Below, one piece after another: positions 27,202-41,690 of a stretch of DNA of 64,000 nucleotides; the first letter of the stretch is position 1, and every line of letters begins with the position of its first letter. The DNA is from Eledone cirrhosa. Its lineage: Eukaryota. Below the pieces are notes generated by a model, which was given only the letters and a program-made list of their open reading frames with translations, did not search any database and was not told where the DNA came from. The position numbers and the translations under genes were made by a program. The stretch is taken from contig OZ024742.1 in assembly GCA_964016885.1 (NCBI GenBank), positions 171,492,001 through 171,556,000 on the forward strand, given 5' to 3'.

Positions 27202-29953
27202 TATATATATATAGTTAATAAAGGAAACGAAACTAACGCAGGGATGCAAAAATACACAGTTAGATTCGGTTACAGTAGATGAAATTTACCCAAGGTGCTA
27301 CAAATTAAAATTGAACCAAAAACCATGTGCCTACAACACAATTCTCTTCGCCACGAAGCCATATCTGCGCTTATATTTAATGTTTTTGGGTATACTTGAT
27401 ACGTTAAAAGACTGGTTGCCGTGGTATTAGGTAAGTACTATTGTCTACAATTTATTATTAGCTTGAATAGGATTTTGTCATCTTTTTATAATAAAATGGT
27501 AAGAGTTACTCAATATATCTTTTATAGTCACATTAAATAGTGAAACTGAAGCATTCAAACAACACTCTTAAGACCAATAATCTATATGTCATTTAACTGG
27601 CGCATTTCTCATAAGTATTTTCTAAGGCAGCAGGTGATAATTCTTTTCTTTCGTTTGCATAGCCTTATAATTAAGATTCCACGGGGAATCTAATTTAGAG
27701 AGTAACCATTCATGGCTGGTTTTATCTAAGCTCTTAAATAGATCATTCTTTAGAACTTAATCTTTTTCGTTAGTAAGGTGTTCATTTTTCCGATTTCTTT
27801 GGTAATTTCATTTTTAAGCACGGTCATATTTCATTCCCTTAATCAATGATTTTTCGCCGTTCGATCTGGTTATCACCCCGCCATACCTCATCATTGTAAT
27901 TTCCTTAGTAGAGCACCATACGTTTCACAACTTTCCGATCTCTTTCATTTCCTTGCAGGATTTTACCATTCATTCCCATTGCCAAGTATCATGTCAGTCG
28001 CATTTCTTTTACTTTATATAACACATTGATACACTTGGTAATTTTGTTTGTATTTTTTTTTTCATAGTATGAATAACATAACTGCGAATATTTGTGCCAA
28101 GCACGAGTTTCTCTATTGGGATTCTTATAATGAATGCATCCAGCATCTGTAGAAAATGTTTCCTTTTCTGAACTACCTTTACCATAACCCCAGACACTGA
28201 AACTATTCGTTCATGTATAACTTCTTCTAAATTTTCGGATAGTTCCAATTTTTTCACTCTGAATTCGAATTCACGAGAAATTCTTGGATATTATTATTTT
28301 TACTATTACATGATTACACCTTTTTTGAGAATAGCTCTATATCCTCCTTCTTTCGCCCTTTCTTCACTTTCGAAATCTCGATTTATTGCGACGCCATTGC
28401 ATGTTCTTGCGTCGTAAGTTTCACGTTTTCATTTGCCAAGAATAATATGACAAATTTTCTTTTACAACAGAATTTGCCAACTCGTAGTTTCAGATGAGTC
28501 AAATAAATATTTATGGGATTCCGCTGGTAATAATTATGAAAAGATCAACCAACTTCACGTGTCTCTGTTATGATCGTACACTATTCAAGAATAAACGTTA
28601 ATGATAATTGGTTGCCTGATTCATCTGTGTTAAATGATTATTTACAACCTCATTACAGCTTGTTTTAATTTCTACGTGGAGAATTGGCAGAGTAGTTAGA
28701 ATGTAGAATTAAATGCCACAGAGGAAAAGTTTGTCTTTCGTCATTTCGAAATTGATAAAGTACCAGTCCAGAGTCCATGGATTGGTAGAATTCTTAAAAT
28801 ATCAAGTGGGATGTTTTTCGGAATCTCATTCGTCTCGCTGATTTCGGAGTTTCAATCACTCCTCCATTCAGCCAGGAGTTGCAACCGGCAAATAGTATCA
28901 GCAAAGAAAAAAAACGAAAACAAGATCATTAAATAAAACGTAATTCCCGTGGTATGATCTGACGATCATCTCCTTTCCGTTTCTTCTAAATATGGAGGTG
29001 AAGAATGGATTATCTCTCGTAAGTTTGGTGCAGAAAATGCAGAAATGTCCTTGAATCTGTGAGAAAAACATGAATAAAACACTACTAAGTGATTTTTTGT
29101 CCTTTGTTTTTTAACCCCATGTCTGCCTTAATCGACACGTCATATACTTAAAAGATTTCTTCCAGATATTACCGTTCCATGTTCTCTGCACACCTACTAG
29201 AATTTGGGGAAAAGAGCTGAGATAAATTTGGTTGTTGTTTCTAGTAGATTCAACTGCCACGTAGATGTTCTATCTTTAGCTGGTGTCCTACTTAGTCTAC
29301 TTACAGATATGATGCCATTCCCGTGATTTATTTACTTTATGCCAAAATATAATCCACAATCACCTCCTACTGTGTTGGATGAACGAACTTCTGGTTGTAT
29401 TTTGAAAGATGATATATTGATAGCAGTGAATAGAACTGCGACTGTGTCTGTTGATGCACGTAGATGTGTGGTAATGCGCTTAAAGAGGGAAAAGTTGAAA
29501 TGAAATGATGTATCACAGAATCTTTATATCACGTGTTCAGTTGAAATATATATAAACATATACATAAATATGTGTGTGGTTGCATGTGAGTGCTTGCGTA
29601 TGTAAATACCTACGTACGTGTGTGCATGTTTGTATGTACGTGTGTATGTGTGTGTCTATGCATGTATGCATGTATTCTCGTGAGTGTGTCCACATCTTTA
29701 CTGAAGCAACTCAAGATGACCCCGTTTATTTAGCCACTCCCACAATGACTTATCCTTGTCTCCAGCATCGTTCTTCCGGTTCGTTCCTCGGCCCCCTCAT
29801 CCCTGTTAGTTTTCCTCCACCGTTTGTCTTTCAATTTTTACGTCATTTTCCTCTCGTCCCCTATTCTAATTTTCATGTCTGGGGGAAAACTAACGTACGA
29901 AATATAGAAGAGACGATCCTCAATTCCTTTATAGAAAGTTTTAAATAAATAAC

Positions 29954-30140
29954 TGTTTCTACTTTAGGCACAAGGCCAGCAATTAACCAGTGTATTACTG
30001 GTACTTTATTTTATCGACCCCGTGGGGATGAAAGGCAAAGTTAACCTCGGAGGGATTTGAACTCAGAATGGCAAGGGCCGTAACTCTATGCGCCAAAGCA
30101 TGGCATCCGACACTCTACCAATACTGCCAATCCACCGCCC
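29954..30140 (-). mobile_element. Full-length tRNA-derived SINE family A with an 18-bp target-site duplication
   Basis: AAGTTTTAAATAAATAAC at 29936-29953 and 30141-30158. A and B boxes present. Confidence 0.93.
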
Positions 30141-30532
30141 AAGTTTTAAATAAATAACATTCAACGTAATTTGCTGCCGATTTCTGCTTCAATCTAATTT
30201 TTGTTTTCAGGTTGTCTCTAATATATAGCACATATAGATATAAGTTTATGGAGCACTTTATAGGAACACTGTATCAAAATATCAATCAATTTTTGCTTTC
30301 AAAGTGCCTTGGAAGGGAAAGATAGTTTTGACTCTTAACAGAAAGGTCCTAATATATGAAGGACTTATAAATAATATGTGGCTTGGTGATGCTTGTGTGT
30401 GGTGCTATCAGTGGGGCTGGCATGTCACGGATTTGGAAGTAAGTCCATTATTTCCTATCTGGCTGGCATTGAATTTAAGAAGAACAGCAGAGCAGTGATT
30501 CATGAAGAGATATCTTCATTATGAATAGAGCA

Positions 30533-30690
30533 GAGGAGGTGGATTGGCAGTGTCAGTAGATCGTCGGACAACATGCTTTGCGGCATATAGTTCTGACCCT
30601 TTACGTTCTGAATTCATATCACGCCTATGTTAGCTTTGTCTTTCATCCTGAGTGTTTAGGAAATAAAATACCAGAAATGTAACTGGTTGT
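30533..30690 (+). mobile_element. SINE family A, diverged
   Basis: ggattggcagtgtcagtaga...ctgaattcatatc...tttgtctttcatcc...aaaataccag. Confidence 0.7.
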
Positions 30691-30704
30691 TCACCCCACC
30701 CCCA

Positions 30705-30754
<50 letters not shown>

Positions 30755-31689
30755 CGAGTGTGTGTCTTTGTGTATGTGTATATGAGTGTGTGTTCTGTGT
30801 GTTCTTTTGACTGTGCTTAAAGATACCTCATGACTTATCGTGTCGACATTAAGAGATCGATAAAATATCTACCAAATTTGTAAAACCCAAATTACTGTCG
30901 ATATGATCGACTTCAATGCGTTCCCCAGCATGACACTAGTCTAATAACAGAAACTAGTAAAATGTTAAAAAAACAAAACAGGATAAATAGAATAGTGTTC
31001 CTCCGATCTACGTATTGTTACACTTCTTATCAAAAGTTAATTCCTAGGCGTTATTGTCGATAACGATTGTTTCACTTTGTTATCAAATAACAATTATTTC
31101 ATCAATACACAGCATATAGAAATTGTCATCTACTACAAAAACCCCGTTGTCAATGAGTGGGTTGGTGTTTTTATTTAATCTTATGGTATAAATTTTCAGA
31201 CTAATTTCAAATTATATTTTCAGAAGTTAATATCGAGTGTTTTTATTTCCTCAGTACCTCGGCAAGTACAACTCTATGTTCGCAAGGTGTGTGCAGTAAT
31301 GTCTTTTGAGAGAGGAAAAGGTGTTATATTCAATTTCTTGTGTTGTGGTGGTGAGTATATTTTGTTTATTCTATTTTCGATAGTTTAATGTTTCATTTGC
31401 TACAGAAAAAATAGATTCTTTGTATTGTACTGAGAGTTGATGGTGTATAATATAAGCTGCGTGAGTTTGTTTTTAACCTGACAATGTTTTGACAACATAG
31501 AATGTGTTCTGTGTATGATCAGGATATTTTCGGGATTGTCAGAAAAATTGGGTCTCCTGGTAGGATGATTTTGTTTGTGTTTTCTTTTTTTTACATCTGC
31601 ACTGGTTGTTATTTCAAAAATACTGTATGTCATGTCATAAAAGTGAAATACCCATCTATGTTATTTTTTCTGTATTACAAATCTTCACT

Positions 31690-31836
31690 AAGGCGTTGGA
31701 TTGGCAGAATTGTTGGAGCCTCCCTTAAATGCTTAGCAGAATTTGTTCCGGTACTTCACGTTCTGAGTTCAAATCCCGCCAAAGTCAACTTTTCCTGATA
31801 TTTTTTCCGGGACCGATAAAATAAAGTACCAGTTAA
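31690..31836 (+). mobile_element. SINE family A, diverged
   Basis: ggattggcagaat...ctgagttcaaatcccgcc...gataaaataaagtaccag. Confidence 0.75.
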
Positions 31837-32178
31837 CTAAATATATATATATATTTAGTTCAAGAACAAACAAGATATAATCTCAACACACACACACATA
31901 TATATACACACATAAACACACACATATGTATATATATACATATTTACATGTGTACTGCTGTGCTTGTGTGGGAGTTTGTTTATATATGAGTAGATATACA
32001 CGTGTGAGTTTAAATTATAATGTATTTTTTGTGTGGGTGTATTTATATACGCATGTGTGAGTTTATGCGGTTATTTTTCTATGTATAAGAGTTTTTATGC
32101 TTCTATCCCTGTGTGGTAGAATCCATGGCTGTGATTGATATATACGGAAAGGAATAAATACTGATATACATACACATA

Positions 32179-32268
<90 letters not shown>

Positions 32269-33149
32269 TACATGCATGCCGTGCATCTACATAGTGACCG
32301 TATACTGAATTTCAAGACATTGGTTAAGTCAAAGATGTAGTAGAAGATATTAGCCCAATGTGACAGGCGGTGTACACCGAGTGAACACAGATCCACATAG
32401 TTTCGAAGCGGGCCCTTTAAGCTCACAACCAAGCTTGCCTATATATTACTAACATATAATGCCATTGTTACCTTTTATACAGATTTCATTTCAGGATTGT
32501 TGTGAATTTACGGAGTGATAAATATTGGATAGGAAACTTCAACTATATTACATATTGGATTCCAGATTTTTCATCACAGAATCTATATAGAACGTCAACA
32601 CTTCTACTGGCAAATATAATTTGTCATGAATGGAATTTTCTTGTGCGAAATATCCGATATCAGATATGATCATTCGTTTTTCTAAATATCATTTATTAAA
32701 AATATCCAAATACAATATTACAAAATATATACAAATATGATTCTATGAAATATTCTACATCAGTTATCAACATTCCTGTGAACTCTCGAATTTCAAATAT
32801 TTGCATTAGTTTATGCAATATTAGTATAGGAAATATCAAATATTATTGTGCAGATGATTGATATAAAAACATATCAAAATTCCTTTCTAAATATCGTATA
32901 ACAGACAGGCAAATTAAAACTACATAACATAAGTGATTAATAAGGATGTTTCAATTGAAATGTAAAAATAATTAGGAAGAAATCTTCAAATATATTCCAG
33001 GAATTAATAAATGGTAACCGTACGCATGCATAAAGTATAATACGACTTGGCTCCACATATATTAAATATATGTATACCTATCTTGCTAATTCATATACAT
33101 GAGAAGTTAGTTGTGAATGTAAGATTCAACACATGCACATACGTATGTA

Positions 33150-33516
<367 letters not shown>

Positions 33517-33768
33517 TACACTCTATTAGCCTTCTGTTAAATTTTTATCAGGCGTATGTAATCAATCTTCAGTATAGGAAACGTTAAAGATTTCTGGTTC
33601 ACCACCAGGAGGAAAAGATTTCAAGTAATTATATTTCTGTTCTACATTGAATATCGAGTTAGATATTGAGATGTTGAGAAAGAAAATAAGCTTACGATAC
33701 GTGTGAAATAAAACGAAAACTACATAGGAAAAACACGTCCATATCTATATCAATATCAATATCAATAT

Positions 33769-33834
<66 letters not shown>

Positions 33835-33859
33835 GTATACATATATAAAATTATATCGG

Positions 33860-33921
<62 letters not shown>

Positions 33922-33927
33922 GGAAAT

Positions 33928-34291
33928 AATTTAGCTTCGTTTATTTCTGCTATATATATTTCAGCGACAGCCATCTTTGGCTGTGACATCTTCAGGTAGT
34001 TTGAATTAGTATGGTATAGACAAGTACATATGTTGTTTAGGTGTATAATATTGTCAATACTCTGATATGCCCAGTTCCTTGTTGGGTTGTTAGTTCACTG
34101 AACAAATGTTAGTTCACTGAGTGAACTAACAACCCAACAAGGAACTGGGCATATCAGAGTATTGACAATATTATACACCTAAACAACATATGTACTTGTC
34201 TATACCATACTAATTCAAACTGCCTGAACAGGTCACAGCAAAAGATGGCTGTCACTGAAATATATATAGCAGTAATAAACGAAGCTAAATT
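33928..34291. mobile_element. (TA)n-embedded palindrome with 172-bp arms and an outward-facing hammerhead in each arm (family D)
   Basis: 33928-34099 is the reverse complement of 34120-34291. The minus motif CTGAAGA...GAAAT-atat-ATA-gcag is at 33946-34000. The plus motif actgc-CTGAACA...GAAAT-atat-ATA-gcagt is at 34219-34273. Each is followed by AATAAA. Confidence 0.88.
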
Positions 34292-34317
34292 TTAATCATT
34301 TGACTTTTATATAACTT

Positions 34318-34348
<31 letters not shown>

Positions 34349-34377
34349 AATTTAGGTATACATATATAAAATTATAA

Positions 34378-34436
<59 letters not shown>

Positions 34437-36518
34437 TATACATATATAAAATTATATCTGTATATATGTAGAGTGGGTGATCCAGACTGCGCCAAAGTGT
34501 ATATAAATATACATATATTTAATATATAGACATTTGGACATACTAGGAATACGAATTTCCTTGTAAATTGAAAAAACGATAAGCAAATCTAATCAACATT
34601 CCGACCTAGTTGGCTTTTCCTCGAAAGGTATGTATATCATCTAAATAACCAGTGAGAAACATGTATTTGATCGGCTTTTATACTCATTCGATCATCGTAA
34701 TATTCTGAAATACACGTACAAATCTGCAAATAATTAGCGATCATACCTTTAGATCATACCTTACCTTTAGCCTTACATATTGGATAATGTGGATTTAGAT
34801 TTACTAATTTAAATGTAGTAGATAGTCTTCACTCAGCAACGACATAGATTTATTCAATAACAACTACAACATCAATAGCAAAGCTACTTACCATTTTGCA
34901 CCTGTGTTTGTGTCTATGTTTAAAATGTTTTACAAATAATTAGGAATTTCAAATGATTAAGTAAAAACATTTAATATTCCCAATATAAAATATTGTTTAG
35001 AACATATCAAAATGTTTTTGCTCTTCTGTGTTTCATTTCTTTCATATAAAATGTTATTGGAAGGTTTTAATTTAAATTAAAGGCGGAGCTTTTTATCAGA
35101 ATCAAATTTTTCAAAGGGATTATTCGATAAAGCTTTATCAATCTCGTGAGCAATCTAGTAATCGAGAGTTAAACTGACAATTGGAAGCTGAATGGACTAA
35201 CGATTATCCGGAAATAGAGTCCTGTAATTTTGTTTTAAGAGATTCTTAGTGAATTGTTTGGCTTAACGATCATTCTCAGTTTGTTTGGAAATTGTAATAA
35301 TGCCTTTTGGTCAACTATTAATATCTTAACGTCAGATATGCTTTCTTATTTTTAGGACTTCTTACTTCAGAATATCTCATTCATCACCTCTTAAATTTCC
35401 TCTTCTTCCTTCGACTCCTACTCATCACTACAATCACCACACCCCTTATCATCGTCATTATTAATATTACTGTCACTGTTTTGGTATTATCTTTCAAAAT
35501 GTTTTTCAGAAGAATTGCCAGTAAGCTCGTAAAATTACTTATTTTAATTTTATACTCCGAACCTGTATTTCCGGTTAAGAACCTAACATTCCCTTATTGG
35601 ATATTCTTACACTTATTACGAAAATGTTAAAATTTCTGCATGAAAAATTAGGTGTAAAAATTGAGAAGATTGATTCAAAATGTCTACCGCCATTAGTCAT
35701 GAAAATAACATGGTTGTTTGCTACAGCGTGCAGTGAAGAAGGCAGAAATAGAGGGGGCAAAATTGAAGATTAATGTCCTTTCTAAGAAAATTGATAATGT
35801 AAAGTTGTTAGTCTAGAGAAGCCACGAATGTATGATGAATGATGAAAAGCATTCTGTAATTCAGTACACTTTTACTTTTCACATTTTTTTGCTTTTATTT
35901 TGTGTAGAGTATCCTCTTTTGACAAACACAACATTCATCATCCAAATGCTATTTATGTCATATAAAGTATCTCCTATTTCTTAGTACATTCGTAATAAAT
36001 TGTTTTCTTTTGTTTGTTTCTTGACTACTTAACGCAATTCTTTACTCTTGCTATTTTAGCATAACGACCTTTTTCTTCTCGTGAATCCGGAGAGAGAGAG
36101 TTGCCATAAATTATTCAGCAAAAGAGACCGGCTAGTTGTAATACACACAGCTGTTTAAGAATTGAACCTGGATGAGATAAATTCTGTTCCACCTGCTTTA
36201 AGTATCATTGATTAAAGCAAGAGTCAAGACTATTGAAACCATAAACTTCTCAAAACGTACAGTGCTCACAGAAGCAAAACCGTGTAGACTTCACCCTAAC
36301 ACAACTTCACTTAATTCAACCAGACTAGACACATTGCTCAGTCAATAAATATATGAATAGAAAAAAGAACTAAAAGCTTACATATTTATTTTGTTATCTA
36401 TTCTTTTACTATTTTAGTTGTTTTAGTCGTTAGATTGCGGCCATGCTGAGGCCCTTCCTTAAAGGTGTTTAGTAAATCATATCGAACCCAGAAATTTATA
36501 TTTTCAAGACTGATACTT

Positions 36519-36647
<129 letters not shown>

Positions 36648-38261
36648 GGCAAACTTCTTCATAGTTTCCGCCTACCAAATTACAATCACATGGCATTCTT
36701 TAAGCACGTGTCTATAGAGGTCACTTGCCAAAGATGACACGCAGTTGGACTGAACCAGAAATTCCGTGTTTGCGTAACAAACCTGTTTACCACACAGTCA
36801 TACCTGCGCATAGGCCGCTATATTCCTACTGATATTATTGTTTTTTTTTTGTTGGCATCCATATTATCTATATTCGTCTGAATATACAGAGACAGATTGT
36901 TTAACAAACAACGGTACTCATCAACTTCTTCGATAAATCAGAATGTATTTCCTTTTATTTTATTTTGCCTGAAGCTGTTGGTTAAAAACAGTTTGATTAT
37001 TGTTCGTATTTCTTTTAAACGTCTTAAGGGGATTCTAAGAACTTAACAGAACACGTGAACTTCAAATATATTTCTTACCTATTATTATTCATTCCTTTTT
37101 TTCCCATTTATCTATTGTGTGAAATGTATGTGTTATACTAATACTAATGTGAATTAAAATGGATGCCTTACACACATAAAAAGGACGCCAGATATTCGAC
37201 AGCATTTTGCGTTGCAGTACTACCGCATCTAGTAATTGCTACTGTTTTGATCATGTTAATAACTAGTACATAACCTATTGCTTTAGGGACGGAATAATAA
37301 TATTCAATCCCTTCATCTAAGCTTAACAAACATGATTTTCACTTACATGCATGGAGAGCGGGAACGACAAAAAGTAGAGCTGCCACTCTCAATCGAGTAG
37401 AACTTAATAGTGTATACCATGGTTTGATTAAGCGTTTAATGTATCACATGCCGGCACGAAGAGGCACTGACACTTTTTCGAACAGCAATCCCTTGAATCA
37501 ACCAAGGATGCAGGATGTGATATTTCGCAGGATCTCGCTGCATAAGATCTTGGCTGCAATTTTCTTTATTAGGCCAAACGAATGAACGGCATAGAATTCG
37601 GCGGGGCTGGAATTAAACAAATTTCTATGATATGAAAATATCATATTCTATCTAAATTTGCCATATTTCTATGAGAAAACAACCGCTACCATCCATTGGG
37701 TGAGTCTAAAAACACAACTGCCACACTCTGGACATTCCCTCTGAATACAACAATATATGCATAATTCATAACCATCTCACAGAAGTGTGCATGAGAATGT
37801 ATGTCGTCTATAGGGACAATGTGGTTCCTCGTACATCGGAAGCACTGTCTGTGTGTTAAATATACGATCCAAAGAGCACATGACAAAAAAAGAGCTTCCT
37901 CTGTCACAAATCACCTTCACAAATGCTGCAACAGAGACAACGAGTCAGCATAGAAACGACGGAAAAAAGGACTAAAAAGCTTTACTTATTCACACAGAGA
38001 AGCCAAAAATAACAATAGAACATATCTGCATGCAACTGAGTGTCTTCTATGACTGCTCCACGTATGTACAATCCACGCATTCGAACTAGTAAATGAAGAA
38101 CGCATCATATGTGATTAGCATTTGAAAAGGAGTTTCTAAAGTTGAAATATGATTTTGGAATATATTGGGTAAAAACATTTTTTTTGTTTTATTTGTCATA
38201 CTTTGCCTTTCATATATTTCTAGCACTCTGTACCGGCTTTCTGAAATCCTCATCAATTATT

Positions 38262-38319
<58 letters not shown>

Positions 38320-38452
38320 ATGTGGTGACGAAGAGGGTATATAAATCGAAGTATGTTATATGCAAAGAAATTGTGCAGATGAGAGAAGAAAATATAGGGT
38401 GTGTGGGAAGAACAGATCAATACTATTTTGTTATAAATTCATATATATATAC

Positions 38453-38504
<52 letters not shown>

Positions 38505-41352
38505 GTGTGAGGGGGGAGTTAGTATGTGTGTGTGTGGAAGTCTATCCTATTCCTACCCTTATTTAATCACGATGGTGATAGATAAGTTCTGACAAACGGA
38601 CATAAAATATAAAATATATCCTATATTGAATTACTGACATAAAATCCAGATGGGAGCTCTTGCTAAATCAATAGAAAGGTTCACATTGCGTGTTATATTC
38701 TAGTATAAAGTAATATATTTTTATATTATGGTAAAAAGGAATATAGTTAGCCATAAAAATGAAAAAAAGAAACTGTAAAGGCGTTGAATCCACTTAAACT
38801 TAACGTTAGATTTTGAAAAAAAAAGAAAATGGATTAAATATATTTTAAAGATTTTGGTGTACAGCACTATATAAACTATAATTTACATTGATACAGTCAT
38901 ACATACGTAAGTATGTTTGTACAAGACCGTAACAAGTGATGGATTCATATGGGAGCTGTAGTGAAATACTGTTTTTTCGTGCATTTCTCCTAATACCTGG
39001 CTGAGCACATCCCTCTCCTCTTCTGAATACAGCCGGTTTATTCCGAGGGTGAGAGAGAGAGGAGAGGAGGGGGTAGGAGTGGTGGGTGGGATTAGAAATA
39101 GATAGAGAGAAATGCATTGAGAAAAAGATATACGGAAAGACACAAAAGAACTGAACTGGTTGTTTTTTTATTGACCTCAAACGGATGAATGTTAAATTTG
39201 ACCTCGACGGGATGTAAACACAGAACTCGCTCAAAGAAAGTAAAATAGTACATCCAAGCATTCTATTTGACATTCTACCGATTTTCCAAATTCGCTGTCC
39301 ACACCTATGTACATGCACAATTAATTTGTTATATGGTAAGACTCGTGGCTTGTTGGTTTGTGTGCTCTGTCGTTTAATGTAAAACGCTAAATATATATTT
39401 TAGTAATTTCAGTAATCAACATCAACTACTAATTTTCTTTAATGCATTTAATAAATTTACCAAAATGGAAATTTCACACCTCGTATGATTATTCACATAT
39501 ACAGCAATCCTGGCATGTATGCTATACTGGTCTCCAAAAATTAACTGTATTCAATACTATTGCTGCCATTATTGACGGCGCTGGTACATATCAAATATTA
39601 AACAAAATCTGGCAGCGAAAAGAAAACTATGATGTTATGTCCATATAATCATGGGTGTCCTTACACATAACTGTGAATTGAGAGAAAAATACTGGCGAAT
39701 AGGAAAAATACTGGCGAATAGGGAAAAAGATAAACAGATAATATTGAAGAATAGTGAGGTTCTTAATTAGCGGATACCCCTTATATAGCTAAATACGATG
39801 GCGCTCCTGCAAATTCATCATCTCTGTCTTTACGTAATACAAATACACAATGCTTATGAAAGCATGAAGGATATTATAGCGCCCTCCCTCATCTGACTAA
39901 GATGTAGAAACTTCACATTATACAATATTAACAATATAGTTTCATCTACATGCTCTGCATATATTTTCTTATGCTACCGTCTGTATGTACGTGTATTTAT
40001 ATATTTTACATTATTGTCAATGTTTATATCCCTTAAATTGGAATTCCGACAAAATAACATCGATAAAACAAGTATGAGACTTGTACAAATGTACTTGGGT
40101 CGATTTGATGGGCTCAAAACATATCAGGTGCTGCCACAGCGTGGGCGCAGTTTCTTGACTGAAACCAGTAAATGAATACAAGAATACTATTTTTTTTCGT
40201 TTTTTGTCTTATTCAGCTACATCTTAAGTTTCTTTCAATTGTTATATTCACCTTCAGCATTTATTTCGTAAGTTCAGTTGAGGAGAATCTGACTGAAATT
40301 CATCATTTCGGTTCCTTTAGTATTACAACTGGTATTGAATAGGATGGATACTTCAATTAGTTGATATTCGGTGAGTATGTTCAGTGCACAGAATGTATAG
40401 CATATTCCTGTTACAGTTATCCTTTTCTTCACTGAGCTGCTTTTTCGTGTTTAGTTTAGTTTATGCAAGGATTTTCATAGTTATCGATTTTCTTATGCCC
40501 TCATCTATTTACTTTAATGTTCTGTTAGGATCCCTCAATGTCAACTCTGCTTGATGCGTTCTACAGTGTTTTTGTTTTAGTTTTTCACTTTGTTTAATTG
40601 TTGACTGCAGAGTGAAGGATAGATTTTTATGTTTGGCTTGGGTATTCCGTTGAATGTTTCCATGGGAACTTGTGTAATCTCTGCCATTATTTTGGCTTTT
40701 ATGTCATTTTTTCTAGTTTTTCTTCCTGTTGTCATGTGTAATGTGTTCCGTGGTAATTTTATTGTGTTTTAAGGGCTCCTTTATTATATTTCTGGCCGTT
40801 TCTGTTCCGTATTTTTCTTTATAGTGGCGGGGGGGGGGGGGGAGAGTTGTGTGTTTTATGGAGGGTAGGGTCTGTCGAGATACATTCATTGGTTTATGGG
40901 GGCTTATCTTGTTCTTTTTTCTGTATGTTTAGTTGTTTTTGTTGTATACTCTGAGTGAAATTTTTCTAAAAGTGTTTTCTAATCCCGTGTGTTTTTGTAT
41001 CCTTCGATAGCTTTATGGTACTTGCGTGATGTATATAATATAGATGTATGATTTATAGTGGACGTAATGTATGGGAGATGGTTAGGAGGTTCGTTTCGCA
41101 ATCACGTAGTTTGGAGTTAAGTCATACGGCATGTCTACGTGGACAAGTGACACTCACTCACACAGATACTTGAGCAAGTGACACAAACACACACACACAC
41201 ACGCGCACACATACGCACGCACACACACACACACATATATATATATGGTTGACTGAAAACTCACGTGCTTTCCTCCTGTAAGATGGTTTTGCTGTCAATT
41301 TCCCTTCTTTTTCTCGTCTATTTTTCTATTTATTCTACTATCTCAGGAATTA

Positions 41353-41389
41353 TCTTCTGTTGAAAGAAGATAAATCCGAAACGTTAAGA
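41353..41389 (+). ncRNA. Degenerate hammerhead-like motif
   Basis: tctt-CTGTTGA...tcc-GAAAC-GTT-aaga. Stem I tctt/aaga is present, but the core and stem II are eroded. Confidence 0.35.
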
Positions 41390-41489
41390 CACACTTCTTA
41401 ACCTATCAAATGTTAAATTAATATATATCATATTCTACTTCTACCGGCATCAAGATCTCCAACACTTACCAAAATACTACTGCTACTAC

Positions 41490-41690
41490 TACTATACTCC
41501 AATTTGTGGGAGAGGAAAGTCGACCAAATTGACCGCAGTGCGTGACAGGTACTTTATTTCATCGACCCCGTAAGGCTGAAAGGCAAAGCTAACCTCGGTG
41601 GGATTTAAGCTCAGAACGTAAATGGCCTAGCTCTATGAAACAAAGCATGGTCTCTGAGGCTCTACCGATTCTGCCACTTCACCGCTCTAC
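41490..41690 (-). mobile_element. SINE family A variant with (AGT)n-type tail
   Basis: Family body (tcgaccccgtaaggctgaaaggcaaag), with ctactact repeats at both flanks. Confidence 0.75.

Noticed and set aside
27600-28500. Possible decayed transposase on the minus strand
   Set aside because: Purine-skewed and coding-like, but no motif I can identify with confidence.
40200-41000. Possible very old PLE fragment on the minus strand
   Set aside because: Only vague similarity with many stops and frameshifts. It needs a translated search.
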